Shown piece after piece: positions 1 to 11,691 of a stretch of 64,000 bases of DNA. Origin of the DNA: Folioceros fuciformis (lineage: Eukaryota); the NCBI GenBank assembly GCA_049999805.1, contig JBNGIO010006272.1:1-64000 (forward strand), read 5' to 3'. The notes under the pieces were generated by a model. It did no database searches. It had not been told where the DNA came from and was given only the letters and a program-made list of their open reading frames with translations. Within the stretch, counting starts at the first letter, position 1. Each line of letters begins with the position of its first letter. Position numbers and translations under genes: made by a program.

Positions 1-776
1 CCTCTCGAAAGGCAATTCCAAGAGCGGTCGCCGGGAGAGGAGCGAAATCCTGAGCACCTGGCGAGCGCCTGTAATGCAAGATTCCAAGAGCAATGCACAA
101 TCCGCAGCTGTCGTGCAGGCCACAATCCAGGCGACAGCGAGGGCTCCGCGAGCCCTCTTCCACTTCCAAGGCGGATTCCAGCTCAAAGAGCAAAAGGTCG
201 CTTGCCCCCGTGGCCGGCCGTGCTCGCCGTAAGGGAAACGGATCCCACTGTCGCGTCACACCCAACGCCGTTAGGGATTCTATAATTAACACATGCATGT
301 TGTCGGTCCTCGAAAGGACGAAACAGGATCGCGCATAAAGCCTGGCGACCTGAGCCTCCACCTGGAGAATAGCGGCCTACGGAAAGGACGGGCTGTGATA
401 CCCCTCTCTCTTTCGAAGGGCTATTCCTCAATGCCCTAAAAAAGCCGGAGGTTATCCCTCGGTTGCTGTGCTCTACAGGCTTTGAACAGTTCCCATGTAG
501 CATCTATGGATTTCGCCTTTTCATAGCAAACACTGAACCAGGCCAGATATCGATCACACCACTTAGCTCTACACTATCTAGCAAATTAATTTAGAAGTTA
601 ATTTATTATCAAGTTAAGTAATAAACTATCCCTCAACAACAGGATTATGGGCAACTGGAGACCAACCCATGAGGACTAGCTCTACAATTGTCCCCCTCTA
701 AGCTAGCCAATACTCACAAGATGCCATAGTGTGGGATGAGGAAGGGACTACTCACTACTTCGCATTGGAGCTCAAG

Positions 777-3488
777 ATGCAACAACCTCTTGCAATGCCA
801 TATGTAGGGCTATATGACAAGATCATCACATTCCATAATGGGAACATCAACATACTATATCTCATCCAACTTCTATGTAGTGTTGTTGCAAAGTTTGCTG
901 TAGTTGAGGGCTGGGGTCTTTTGGAAGTGGATAACTTAAAAGTTCCACCAAGCTCTTCAGAAGAAAGGGATACCATTGCACTGGGTGGAACAAACATTGC
1001 AACTTTTAGTACGACCCACCTTTCAAAACAAGATCATGGAAAGGTTATGCTGGAACAAGCACATGAAAGGGGCAGTAGGGATACATGTTTCCATAAGGCT
1101 TATGGTATTCTATTAAACAATTGTCACATTCTATCAAAAGATGAGGAGACAAAATCACGCATGGCTTTGGACATTGCTGATTGTTTCTTAGCAAGCTCTA
1201 GAAGGGCACCTATAAATTGTTCCATTGCTACACCTGTACTTCGATGTGTTAGTACATTGAATGATCACAATCACAAGATCTATTTGAAGTTCTTCATTGA
1301 AGCCGAACAAATATGCCGCTACATAGAGTTAGTCTCATTATCCCTGGATAAGATACCATTGGCATTCTTACCATGCCAAAAGCAAATTGCAACGGTTCTT
1401 TTCATTGATGTTAAGAATGTTTTGTTGTGGGTTGTTTAAGTTGTTCATGATTTAGGAATATGAGCTAATCTTAGCTTAGTCGGCCCCTAGGAGTGCTGCT
1501 TACAATGCAAAGACTGAGCAACTTATCAACGAATTGAAAGAAACAACAGAATTCGTTCAAGAGAGGTTGAAAAATGTTAGCCTAAAGTCAAATGTCATCT
1601 TGGAAAAATCAAGTGACATTCTCACATCACAAGACACTTTGAAATCAAGCCAAGTTGAATTGCAAAGTGCAATCAGCAAAGGCATGACAGAATTGAGCGA
1701 CATCGCAAAACAAGCACGCACCTATTTACTGGTACGGGAATCTTGAATCTCATTCAAGTACAGAAGTTGTTCATACTTCCTGGTTCTCTTGTTTCCAAAT
1801 CTTACATGTATGTCTAATCTTATGGGACAGACAATCAATGAGGCTCAACAACGATTGATTGGATCTAACGAGGAGTTATCCTTTATCATAGATGACGACC
1901 TAATCAAGTTAAGAGAGAAAACTATCATGATCACAAATGCATTGTCCTCATCTCTTATAGAACAAGAAAAGTTGCTCAAAGACCAGGAATCTACCGTAGA
2001 AGGATTAACAAACATAAAAGGCAAAGCATTAGATGCTGCCCAAGAGAGTCAAAAAGAGTTCTCCAAGTTTTCACAAGAAGCCAAAAAACACAAGGATGAT
2101 ATGATCAGTTGGCAACGTGAAGTTACCGAGTTATATGATCGGCTTATGCTCGGATCAAGAACCATGTTAGAGGCTCAGGTAACAAAAACACTCAATTCCA
2201 TTCCAACAACTTTTCTTCTTTCTCCATGATAAAATGCTAAGCAATATGATGAACATAATAAAACAAGTCCAATCAAATAATCACAACATAGGAAGAATTT
2301 ACCGAGCAGCAAGCAAGGATTTTCCAATCTTTACACAAATTGTTCAAATTACATGCGACCATCATGAACCACTCTACATCTTACACAATTATTTTAATTT
2401 ATATATTTGGTATTATTATTTTATTCTACATTACAAGTTTTGAGAGAGCTTCTCATGCACGGTTACCATCTATGATAGGTATTTGTCACTACTTGAACTT
2501 TAAACCCTTAACCCTAAACCCTAAAATATATAATATATTTACATATTATGGATACGAGCCTAATAAAAAAAACACTCCTTTTTATACAGTCATTATATTT
2601 GGGATTTTATGTGAATTTTGGATTCATCATAAAAATGTTGTTATAGCTGGACACGAAATGTGGAGGTTAAGACAACAAGAAATCTGGATTGGTATAGTAG
2701 TCATTATTCTAGAATTCAGCATCTTCATTTACACAATTAAAAAATTCAAGTAAGAATTTATGCACATGCTATATACTAACCTCATGGTTTTGATTTAGTG
2801 ATTGATACAAATCATATATTCGTCTTGTTATCATTTTATAATTTATTCTGGTATGAAGCTAATTATTGTTTCATTAATGAACTAAGGAATAAGCTTGATA
2901 TAAGCTTTAGTGAGCTACAAAAAGTAGTTCAAGATAACGCCTTCTTGAAAACCAAATTGGGTATTACTTCCTTGGCACTAGGAATGAATCAAACAACATC
3001 CTCTACCTTCTTCTTCATGGATTTTGTTACCATCATATGATATGATGATGCATAGAACTACATACTTAGGAAAGACTTATGGACAAGATTTTATCTTTTT
3101 TTTTCTCAAAATATATTTGGTAAATTTATTATTTTAAAAATAATTATTTCAATAATTTATATTATTTATTAGATTAAAAATTTGATTTCAATGTATAGAT
3201 TATCTTATTCAATGGCACCAGGAGAAGAAAGAAAGAAAGGAAGATCCAAGTTACAACCCTAAAAAAATGCATGATTACTACTTAAGAGATCACAAGTATG
3301 ATCCACTTATCTATCTTGCTTTCTAAATTATAGTGATTTTGGGTCTGTCAGCGAAATAAAAAATAAGGTTATCTTGATTTTCATGTTGCAGGCCTATTGA
3401 TCATCGTGCAAGTCCTGGAGTATCTATTTTAGCCCATGAAACTCCTCGAGATTTTACTAATTTGATTATGAAAGGTCGGTCGTTTTGA
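777..3488 (+). CDS. GEX1: GAMETE EXPRESSED 1 (GEX1/Kar5-family nuclear fusion protein), multi-exon; boundaries approximate
   Basis: Hydrophobic leader ending ...VEGWG. Cys-rich domain CFHKAYGILLNNC...KSRMALDIADCFLASS...C...CVSTLNDHNHKIYLKFFIEAEQIC. The next exon AAYNAKTEQLINELKE is followed by coiled-coil exons (1534-2180) and TM exons (about 2340-2750). The putative last exon ends at TGA 3488. Confidence 0.8.
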
Positions 3489-4354
3489 AAATCGTGTGGC
3501 CCAAACTTGGAGCATGTGGTTTATGGCTTACCATCAAAATCTCTAGGTTTCCCATCTCTCTCCATTTCCTTTCATGCGAGAACTAATCACCTTAGCAAAC
3601 TATACATTCATGCTAGAATCAAACACTTGTATGTGGTATCTTTGGCGTAAGAGTTCCAGCCTTCGGGCCAGCTCCCCCTCCCGCCCGCGTGGGCTAGGAG
3701 GGGGCAGTGGCGACATGGTATACTCTAGTGAAAAGCACATCACCCTGCATGCAAGGCTGAAGTATCATCGTGTATCATTAAATCCTATAGGCAACAGCGT
3801 AGGATCATAACTCTAATTGGGATACAATTCGTCTACATCCAGATGCTCTCCCAGATACAATTCGCCTTCCGGAGACACAGACTCAGCTATCACACCATCG
3901 TTAGTGACATTCGTCTCGAAGTTCGTGCTGCACAAGTCGGGAGTGCAGGTGCGATGAACAAGCTGCGTTGGTATCCTCAAGCTTGAGGCATTGGCGGTAA
4001 CATGATGCGCAGTTCCAGTCATCATGAAACACGTCACTGCACATGCACTCACAGCACGTCTCGCCCCGGCCGCAGCTGATATTTGCAGGCTCCTCTATAC
4101 GCAGGCTGATAGGCAACATCGACGCAAACCGAAAACAATTAGGTGCCGCGCCGCACGTCGGGGCATGCATTAAAAAGCTAGAGCTTGCACTAGAGTTGAT
4201 AAAACAAGGAAGACAGGGCAAGGAACAAGAAATGGACAATGGAAGCCACATGCCTCACCAGTCTTGGTCAGCCGATTTGAATCGTGCCACTCAGGAGTAC
4301 CTCACGCCAACACGCAGTGACGGGCGTGGCTCAAAGCGCGGCAGGCAGATGTCC

Positions 4355-4434
4355 ATGAGCACAGATGTAAGCAGAAATGTGAGCACAGATGTAAGCAGAA
4401 ATGTGAGCACAGATGTAAGCGGAGACATGAGCAC
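4355..4434. repeat. 24-bp tandem repeat (TGAGCACAGATGTAAGCAGAAATG), about 3.3 copies
   Basis: Read directly in the sequence. Confidence 0.9.
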
Positions 4435-4832
4435 CATGGCGACCCGGGAGCGTGAAGACGAAGTCTGCGGAGCAGTTCTTGAAATGCAGACAGGCGGGCA
4501 GGGTAAAAAGAGCGTGCACTGGACAGGAACCGTGCTGCTGTGGGTGAACGTGCCGGACAAGGCATTGACCCCGTGAAATATTAACGTTAATTTGCGCGCC
4601 CCCCTTGACTCTTTTGAACTGCGTCGTTGGTTGATAAAAGTAGACGTCCAAGAATTGATATATATATAATTACAATATTCCATCACGCCAGGTATACCCA
4701 GACGGTCGATGTTTTTTTGCGACAATACTTAAAGCTTGATAATCAGGTGTAGAGAATTGATACACAAAGGATGAGCTTCAAGAGTAAGGCGAGGGCAGGC
4801 AACCGAGGTCCTCCAAGGGCTACCAAGAAGAC

Positions 4833-4984
4833 GACTGCCTTGAGAATTCTTGCGAGGCAAGCAAGAGTGCGCCTGCCTTGAGAATTCTTGCGAGGCAAAC
4901 AAGAGTGCGACTGCCTTGAGAATTCTTGCGAGGCAAACAAGAGTGCGACTGCCTTGAGAATTCTTGCGAGGCAAGCAAGAGTGC
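4833..4984. repeat. 38-bp tandem repeat (GACTGCCTTGAGAATTCTTGCGAGGCAARCAAGAGTGC) x4
   Basis: Four near-identical head-to-tail copies with no spacers. Confidence 0.95.
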
Positions 4985-5566
4985 ATGGATGTCACGGCCT
5001 TCTTCTACTTCTGCATTTCATAACTCAAAATAGTTAGCAGAATCTTGCAAGTGCTGGGCCCACGAAAGGTGAAGTATGGGACACCACCATCAGAATACCT
5101 GAAATCCTTGCAAATGGCTCCCCCGAACCAGAGTTTGGAGCATCTGTCCACAGGGAACAGACTGGTATGGACCACGTCACTAGCTACCGTTTGTCAATGG
5201 TGGGCAAAACCAACAAAAGCCTGCCGAAGACCAACACGTAGTCCGTTGTTACAGCACCAACGACTGTATCAGTAGACCCCACGTAGCAAACTTTGCCGGA
5301 CACATAATGATCAACCTCACCAGGAACATGAACTAGATCCCTGTAAGCCGTTCATTCGGGAAAATGACTGGCAAGAATGCGAGCATGATCTCCCCAGCTG
5401 CTTGATTAAGTAGCTCACCAAAGCCAGGCGGGCTGCTGGCATGAGAGCCATCCGCAAGCCGTCTGCGCTCTTCCAGGAAGGAGGCCCCATTGAAGCATCC
5501 ACTATCATGATGATATCCGCTCACTCTGCACGGTACGAGTGGAACCAGAGGCATGCCTGTAGCCTT

Positions 5567-8500
5567 TTAACTGTTCAGACACAGCTCCACAGGTGTTTGA
5601 AGCCACAACCCCTGCCACGGCATTTGGACAGCCAACATATGTGAACGAACAGACTTCCCTCCGCCCTTTGCTGTGGGACGAGTCCCAAAGGAGCCAGGAT
5701 CGAGGTTGTTCAATAGAGTCATTACCAAGGTAGGAAGCTCAGCGGAGTGACGGCAGCTTGTCCCAGCAAGCTGCAAACTTCAAGGGCAAATACGTGTAAG
5801 GAGTCAGAGCGGCCTTACGGCGTCATGTAAACACTACCATCAGAGCGGGCTTTTATTACCTCACCACGCTCCACGGTCACTCTTGCTCGGCATTTCCTGG
5901 ACCGCTGGCGCCGTATACTCTCACCATGCGGACACGAGGGAGAACAAACTTTCCGACACTTGCAGCACTTGAAGCCAATTACGGTGGCTAAGAGTTCTCC
6001 TGACAGCCCCAAGGAATCTGCATGGAACCATTCTGCAAGACAGTGAAGAAGGTTAATAACCCCTCAGTATGCCAAGGAATGCACGAGCACAAATGACACG
6101 TTCGCCAGCATGACCTAGAAGCAGACATACCATGACAAAAGCCGCAGCCTATGTAAGCCAGAGTTGGATTGTATTCCTGCCAGCAGATGTAGCACCTCGG
6201 ACAAGCACTTGGATCAGATAAGCGCTGGCCAGGTAGCAAAAGTTTCTGTCGTCTGTATGCCCTATGCTTGGCGCTTAACTTGATTCCCCTTCTTGACAAG
6301 TCGTTCATGAAAACCAGACCATGAAGTGGTGTGCCTGCGAGAACAGTCTGCATGTTACAGTCATTGCCACACTTTGTTGATGTGCCCTCAGGGTTCTCTG
6401 CTCGTGCCAAAGTTGAATAGGGCTCTGTTCTGGAATCCGTGATTTTTGGGCCAGTACAATGATTTTTGCCCTTCAAGTTAGGACGAGTTCTACCTGCCTC
6501 TTGGGGCTCTGATTCAGCTACAGCAAGTTGCTGCGCTGTAAATTCACGCCCTCTTGTTTTGCTAGAAATTAGCCCGTCATTGTCGATCAGTTCCAGCATC
6601 TTGTAAGTTGGTTTACGTCTTCGTTTGCTCGTCCTCAAAGCTAGACAATTTTGACATACATTTTCAGTAGGCGTGTGAATGTTCGGAGCTGGTGAAGTAG
6701 CTGCAATCCAAACAAAAGGCATTGTCAGATGATGAATTGCCAACTTCGGAGGGCAGGATGTCCCCAAAGACGGATTCAAAAGATTTTTATACGCAATGTT
6801 CCCGGACTTACTGTTGCATATCTGGCAGAGGAACAACTTCCTGCGAGACAGAAGTCTAACTGTTAGCGTGGAGTTTTGAAACTCATCAGATTGGAGAGTG
6901 CTCAACTGACGTTCAACAATTACCTGTCAGCAATAAGATTCTTTCGCCTCGTCCCTGGTGGGCATTTCTGTGAGTCGTCTTTGATCGGCTTAACCCTTTG
7001 ATCGACTAATACCTGAGGAGGAAAAGGCGCACATAGGCTTGCCCAAAATGAGCCTCTTCCCATAGTCTTCCGTTTATTTTGAAATCTCCGAGCACACCTG
7101 CTGAGCTTCGTATGACGCCATGACCTAGACCTCTTCTCAAAGTCCCTCACAAGATGGAGCGGCACATCCCTTTCACACATCCATCCAGGAGGACTTTCAC
7201 AAAGCCCTGCCTCGTCTGTGTCAAAGCCTGTCTCTAATGCATTGTCCGAGGTCCTGAATTTCGGATCCCTTTTCTTCCCACCAGCAGACTTCCAATCCCG
7301 TTCTCTGCTTGCAGCGCCAACCAAGTAGATCACAGCACCTCCTTCAGCTGTCTTTGACTTGAGAATCACGTTTCTGTGGGCATCATCTTCAGATTTCAAA
7401 CACTCTTCAGAAGCAGTAAGATCATTCCACTTGATATACTTGTCCAATTGACGCACCTGGAAACAGAGCTCTGTTACGTGATATTGCCCCGGGCTAAGGA
7501 TAGGAAGCCAGAAACTCAGCCCTCGGCTTCAGAGCTGAGGAAACCAACCACAAAAGTGTGCAGAAGCAGTGTGTGAAAACCTGTACAGCAAGTTGCGCGA
7601 CATTGATGGCCATTTCAAGCCTAGACTCCCACGCGCACTTCAAACTCCTGCACGCAGCTGCTTGACCCTCGGCGTAGATAAGCTCAGGGACTTCCTTGAG
7701 TCCGCCTGCAAAACGAGGGAATACATCATCACGGCTCTGCTGGCCAGGATTAGTGTACTAGAACGTACGAGAAAACATCAGGCATGCCTTGCCGGCCGGC
7801 TCGCCTAAGTGTTGATGAAGGAAGCCTCTCGGATCGTATCAATTGCCGAGAAAGCTTCCCACCTCGCATCCAAAAGAGTCCAGAACCAAGATCTCCATCC
7901 GATACTGATTTAGGTCTACAACCAGCAGCTCCAAGCGGCCTCCCAGGTCTTCCTCTCCTAGGAACGCCGGCTTCTGTGTTGTAAGACGTTTTCCTCCATG
8001 ACAGTAACGAACAATGCTCGCTCTGCCTCGTCCAATCTGTTGATAAAGCAACGAGCCTTAGACTAGATCCCATCTGCAAGATCAGACAGAGAGTACTGCA
8101 CTTTTCAGCGACTACTCTATTCCTGACCCGAAGTTCAGCAGCCCAGATCGAAATCCAGGCAAAGACCCCGCCTTGCGTCATGACTCAGTCTCAGCTTGTC
8201 AACATCAACTTGAGTTTCCAAGCATCCATAGTTCACTTACTTGCAATATTGCGGTCTTAAGCGAGTGTAACGACACGGCCAGTTCCACTTCTCTCCTCCA
8301 ATTCTTCCTGTGATCGCCATACTCCCATGGTCCAGTCAGGAGCCCGTCAAGGCTCTCCTCCATGTGGAGTACATACGCAACAAGTGCTGGAAGATGGCTA
8401 CAGCCACCTTTCGTAAAGCGAAGTCCGCCCGGAACAAGAGCAGCTCCAGTGGACAGAGTTCCCGCCACAAGGTTCAAAAGGCATGCTCTTCGGGAAGAAG

Positions 8501-10790
8501 ACTTGCAGGGGATGCACCACCCACATCTCTCTTTCCGGCACTCCACCTGCTTCTTCTTGTTGTGTGGCCAGTAGAACTGCGCTGGTGCTTGCGAAAAGGC
8601 TTTTATCTGGTCCGCAGCATGAATACTCTTGGATTTCTTGCGGGCAGACGTACTCTCTGGAATGCCATCAAGGCCAGACATGACCGCCAGGCTAGCTGCG
8701 GCAGAAGCTGCTGCATCCCCGAGCACATAGTGATTCACGTAAGCACAAGCTTTCACCTCGGATGTCCTCTCCGTGAGAACATCTAACCGCAGGGCTTTTA
8801 TGTTGCCTTGAGAGTCTCGCTTCACAGGTCCAACATGCGACATCTTCACATCTACAGGGTCGCCCACAGTATCGGCTCCTTGCTCGCCTGCACTGCAACG
8901 GGCAAGGTCTGTTCTCTCCTGCTCAGTGATCTCCGCACTTTGCGTACCCCGGCAGCAATGATTGCTGGACGTAGATGGTGTCCGTTCTGAGTCTTGGCAG
9001 TTCCCATCATTCGACAGAGAGAGAGCTGCATTCCAGCCAGAAGCAGGATCTGTGGAAGCTGGGCATGACGAGGATCTAGAAGCATGCACATCCTCTCCAT
9101 CCATCATCACCCATGAGGACTGCCCTTGACCAGAACTTCCTTCCCACCATCGCAGAACAGAAGATCGAATACCATCGTAGCAAGGGCCACAGTCCTGAAA
9201 GAATCTCACCAGTCTATGGATATCAGAGCCGTCATACAGGTGATACTCCTTAGGTGAAAGGTACGAATCCGACCTGCAATGATCATGACGAAACATTATG
9301 TCCACCGTACACTGACGACAGAAGCTACACAAATTCGTTTCACAAGCTTGGCATTTATCGCTTACACCAAAAGGTAGCCGTAAACAGCGGTGTAGAGATG
9401 GCCCTGCGGATCAACACCCAACACTTGTGCTCCCCGCAATCCTTTGTAGTCTTTGGAACCGTGCAGGCCTGCACTGCCCATTCTACAATCAGGACACAAC
9501 CAATCACCCTCTGGCAGAAGCGCTTTGGATACTCCAACGCAGCGGGCGTGATAGGCAGCTGGACACCCATCACAGCAAATCAAGCTTCCATCCATTCCAC
9601 ACAGCACACAGTCGTCATAATTCATGTCCCTAGCTTCCACCAGTTCCTGGTCCACAGCTGAAACCCCTGCTTCGCATTCCACCTCTGCTCGCTGACACTG
9701 GTCCCCAGATTTCCTTCCCTTCACGCCCATCTCCTTCTTTCTGCCAGTCACTATGTCCACGGTTACGAAATCCCGATCCAGACATCCATTTCCTCGGCGC
9801 TTCTGTTCTGTACACCATCTTCCGCTGGCCGGGTCTCTCAGCCTTCTCAACACTCTTTTGGCCCCTGGGAACTCTGCTTCAGCATCCAAAAGAGTCACCC
9901 GCATCTCGATCTCAGCCTTTGTTTCATCTGATTCCAGCACGTTGTCGCACAGGAATTTGAGGATGGCGATCTTCTTGGACACATCTAGCTGGTAATACTC
10001 ACAGTCCATAATCCCGAGCCTCACCAAGTCCACTCCACCTCCCTTGCTCACAGTAGCCGTGGCGAGGTAGGCCAACATATAGGCAGGCCATGTCACAGCA
10101 TCCAGGAAATCCCAGTCATACATCCTGCCAGAATTGCGTGCCATGAGGGAAGGGCCATCATCACTCCAGCCTGAGAAACAAGAAAAGAGACAGATTCACG
10201 TAACCCCGACTGACACACTTCGCAGAAGCACAGCATACCTGAGACAGGCAAGAGCAGAAGGAGAGTCGTCCCTGGCAAGCCGGTCTAGATGCCGCCTGAC
10301 CGCTTGCAGAAGGCTAACGTGAACGCAGTCACTTAACGCATTGGCCTCCTTCAAGCACAGTGAACAAACAAGTTCGGGGAGAGAGAAGGGGCTGAGAAAC
10401 AGCACTTGACTGAATGATCTCAGAAAGCTGTATACTTCAAGCAGATGAGCTATGGACTCACTTGGCACAGTGACATCCCTGGCTGGCGCCGGACCGGGCC
10501 ACAGTCTACCATCACTTGCCTGCGGGACGAGCAGATTGCCGGCAGGCAATTCCGATCCCAATTGCGACTGGAACTGCCCACAATCCAGCCCTGCGCTCAC
10601 CCTACAGCATTCGACCACGGCTTTTTCCAGGAAGCCTGCTTCTTGGGCCCCCGCTTCTTGGGTTCCACCCATCGCCTTCGCTACCCACGAGGGCAGCAAT
10701 CTGCCGCTCCTTCTTGAGCAGGATGTCATTCCCTCACACCAAGCCCACTGCTGCTCCCTCCCGGCTGCGCCTTCAACTCCGCATCCGCAA
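5567..10790 (-). CDS. DDT-PHD domain chromatin protein (PTM-like), multi-exon; 5' end unresolved
   Basis: DDT domain (LLEVYSFLRSFSQVLFLSPFSL...), WDFLDAVTWPAY, PHD finger CVLCGMDGSLICCDGCPAAYHARC...WLCPDC, CGWCIPC motif, and a C-terminal PHD CYIC...CGFC|WFHAD...FKCCKCRK. GT-AG introns join the ORF pieces. Confidence 0.85.
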
Positions 10791-11691
10791 CGTGTTTCCC
10801 GCCCATTTCAGCAGACCATCCAGAAACAGGCTTCCCTGCCTCCTGAACCGTATCCCAGCTGCGCAGGCGTCATTTGCAAGACCCCAACTTGCGCATTCCT
10901 GGCCTGCCAACGCTTGCGTACCATACACCGTTGCCGGCTACATACAGTACTTGTACGAGGCCGCGATTGAGCGTCCCCCGTTCACTCTGTCTGCGCTAAC
11001 AACATCTTAAGCTAGGAGGTTGAAGCCGCTAAGATCTGTCAACAGGGCGCATTCATGCAACCATTGTGATTTGAAGGAAGGAGAGATCTGGAGGGAGAGG
11101 TTTGAGAAGTTGCTCGTCTGGCTGCTCGTTACCTACACGTGTCAGTTGTCCTCCGCTATCCACCATTCCCACATACGTACATACATACCCACATGGGTTG
11201 CCCACCTTCATCACATCCTTGGGTCTGGTGAACTGTCGCAATCGTGCGCGGCCACAGAATCCCGGGGTGGAGCCAGCATTAAGGATCGACGGCAGCCTGG
11301 CAAATACCAACCAAGTCCCCCGTCAGCTCCACCAGCTTTGATACTCATGCGCATCTGGCATCACAGGACGTCTGGGAATGCATGGCGGAAATATTTGGAT
11401 AAGCTTTCAGGAGATAGTGGCCAGCCGCCATGCGTGACAAGGATGGAAGGGATGAAGAACTTGGAAAGGAAACTAGCCGAGCCCACATTGCACATGGCTG
11501 GGATCAGGCACAGTGTTTTCCAGGGGAAGGTAATGGACCAGGCAACTGGCGGAAAGCTGAGCGACCAGCATGGGTGGACGCTTGTTCCTAGGCCTGCAGA
11601 CTCAGGGCACCTGGACGCGGCTGAGAGCATGACACGGTTGTCGGCAAGGAGGATCGTTGCAAGTGCGATGCCCGCAGTCTGACACGGTTGG

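Noticed and set aside
1-640. Possible LTR or TE terminus at the window start
   Set aside because: No partner LTR, PBS, PPT or coding domain is visible within the window
4043-4576. 177-aa ORF with STDVSRNV repeats
   Set aside because: No recognisable domain; the open frame is partly explained by the 24-bp tandem repeat
4833-4984. CRISPR-like appearance of a palindromic 38-bp repeat
   Set aside because: There are no unique spacers and no cas genes, and the context is eukaryotic
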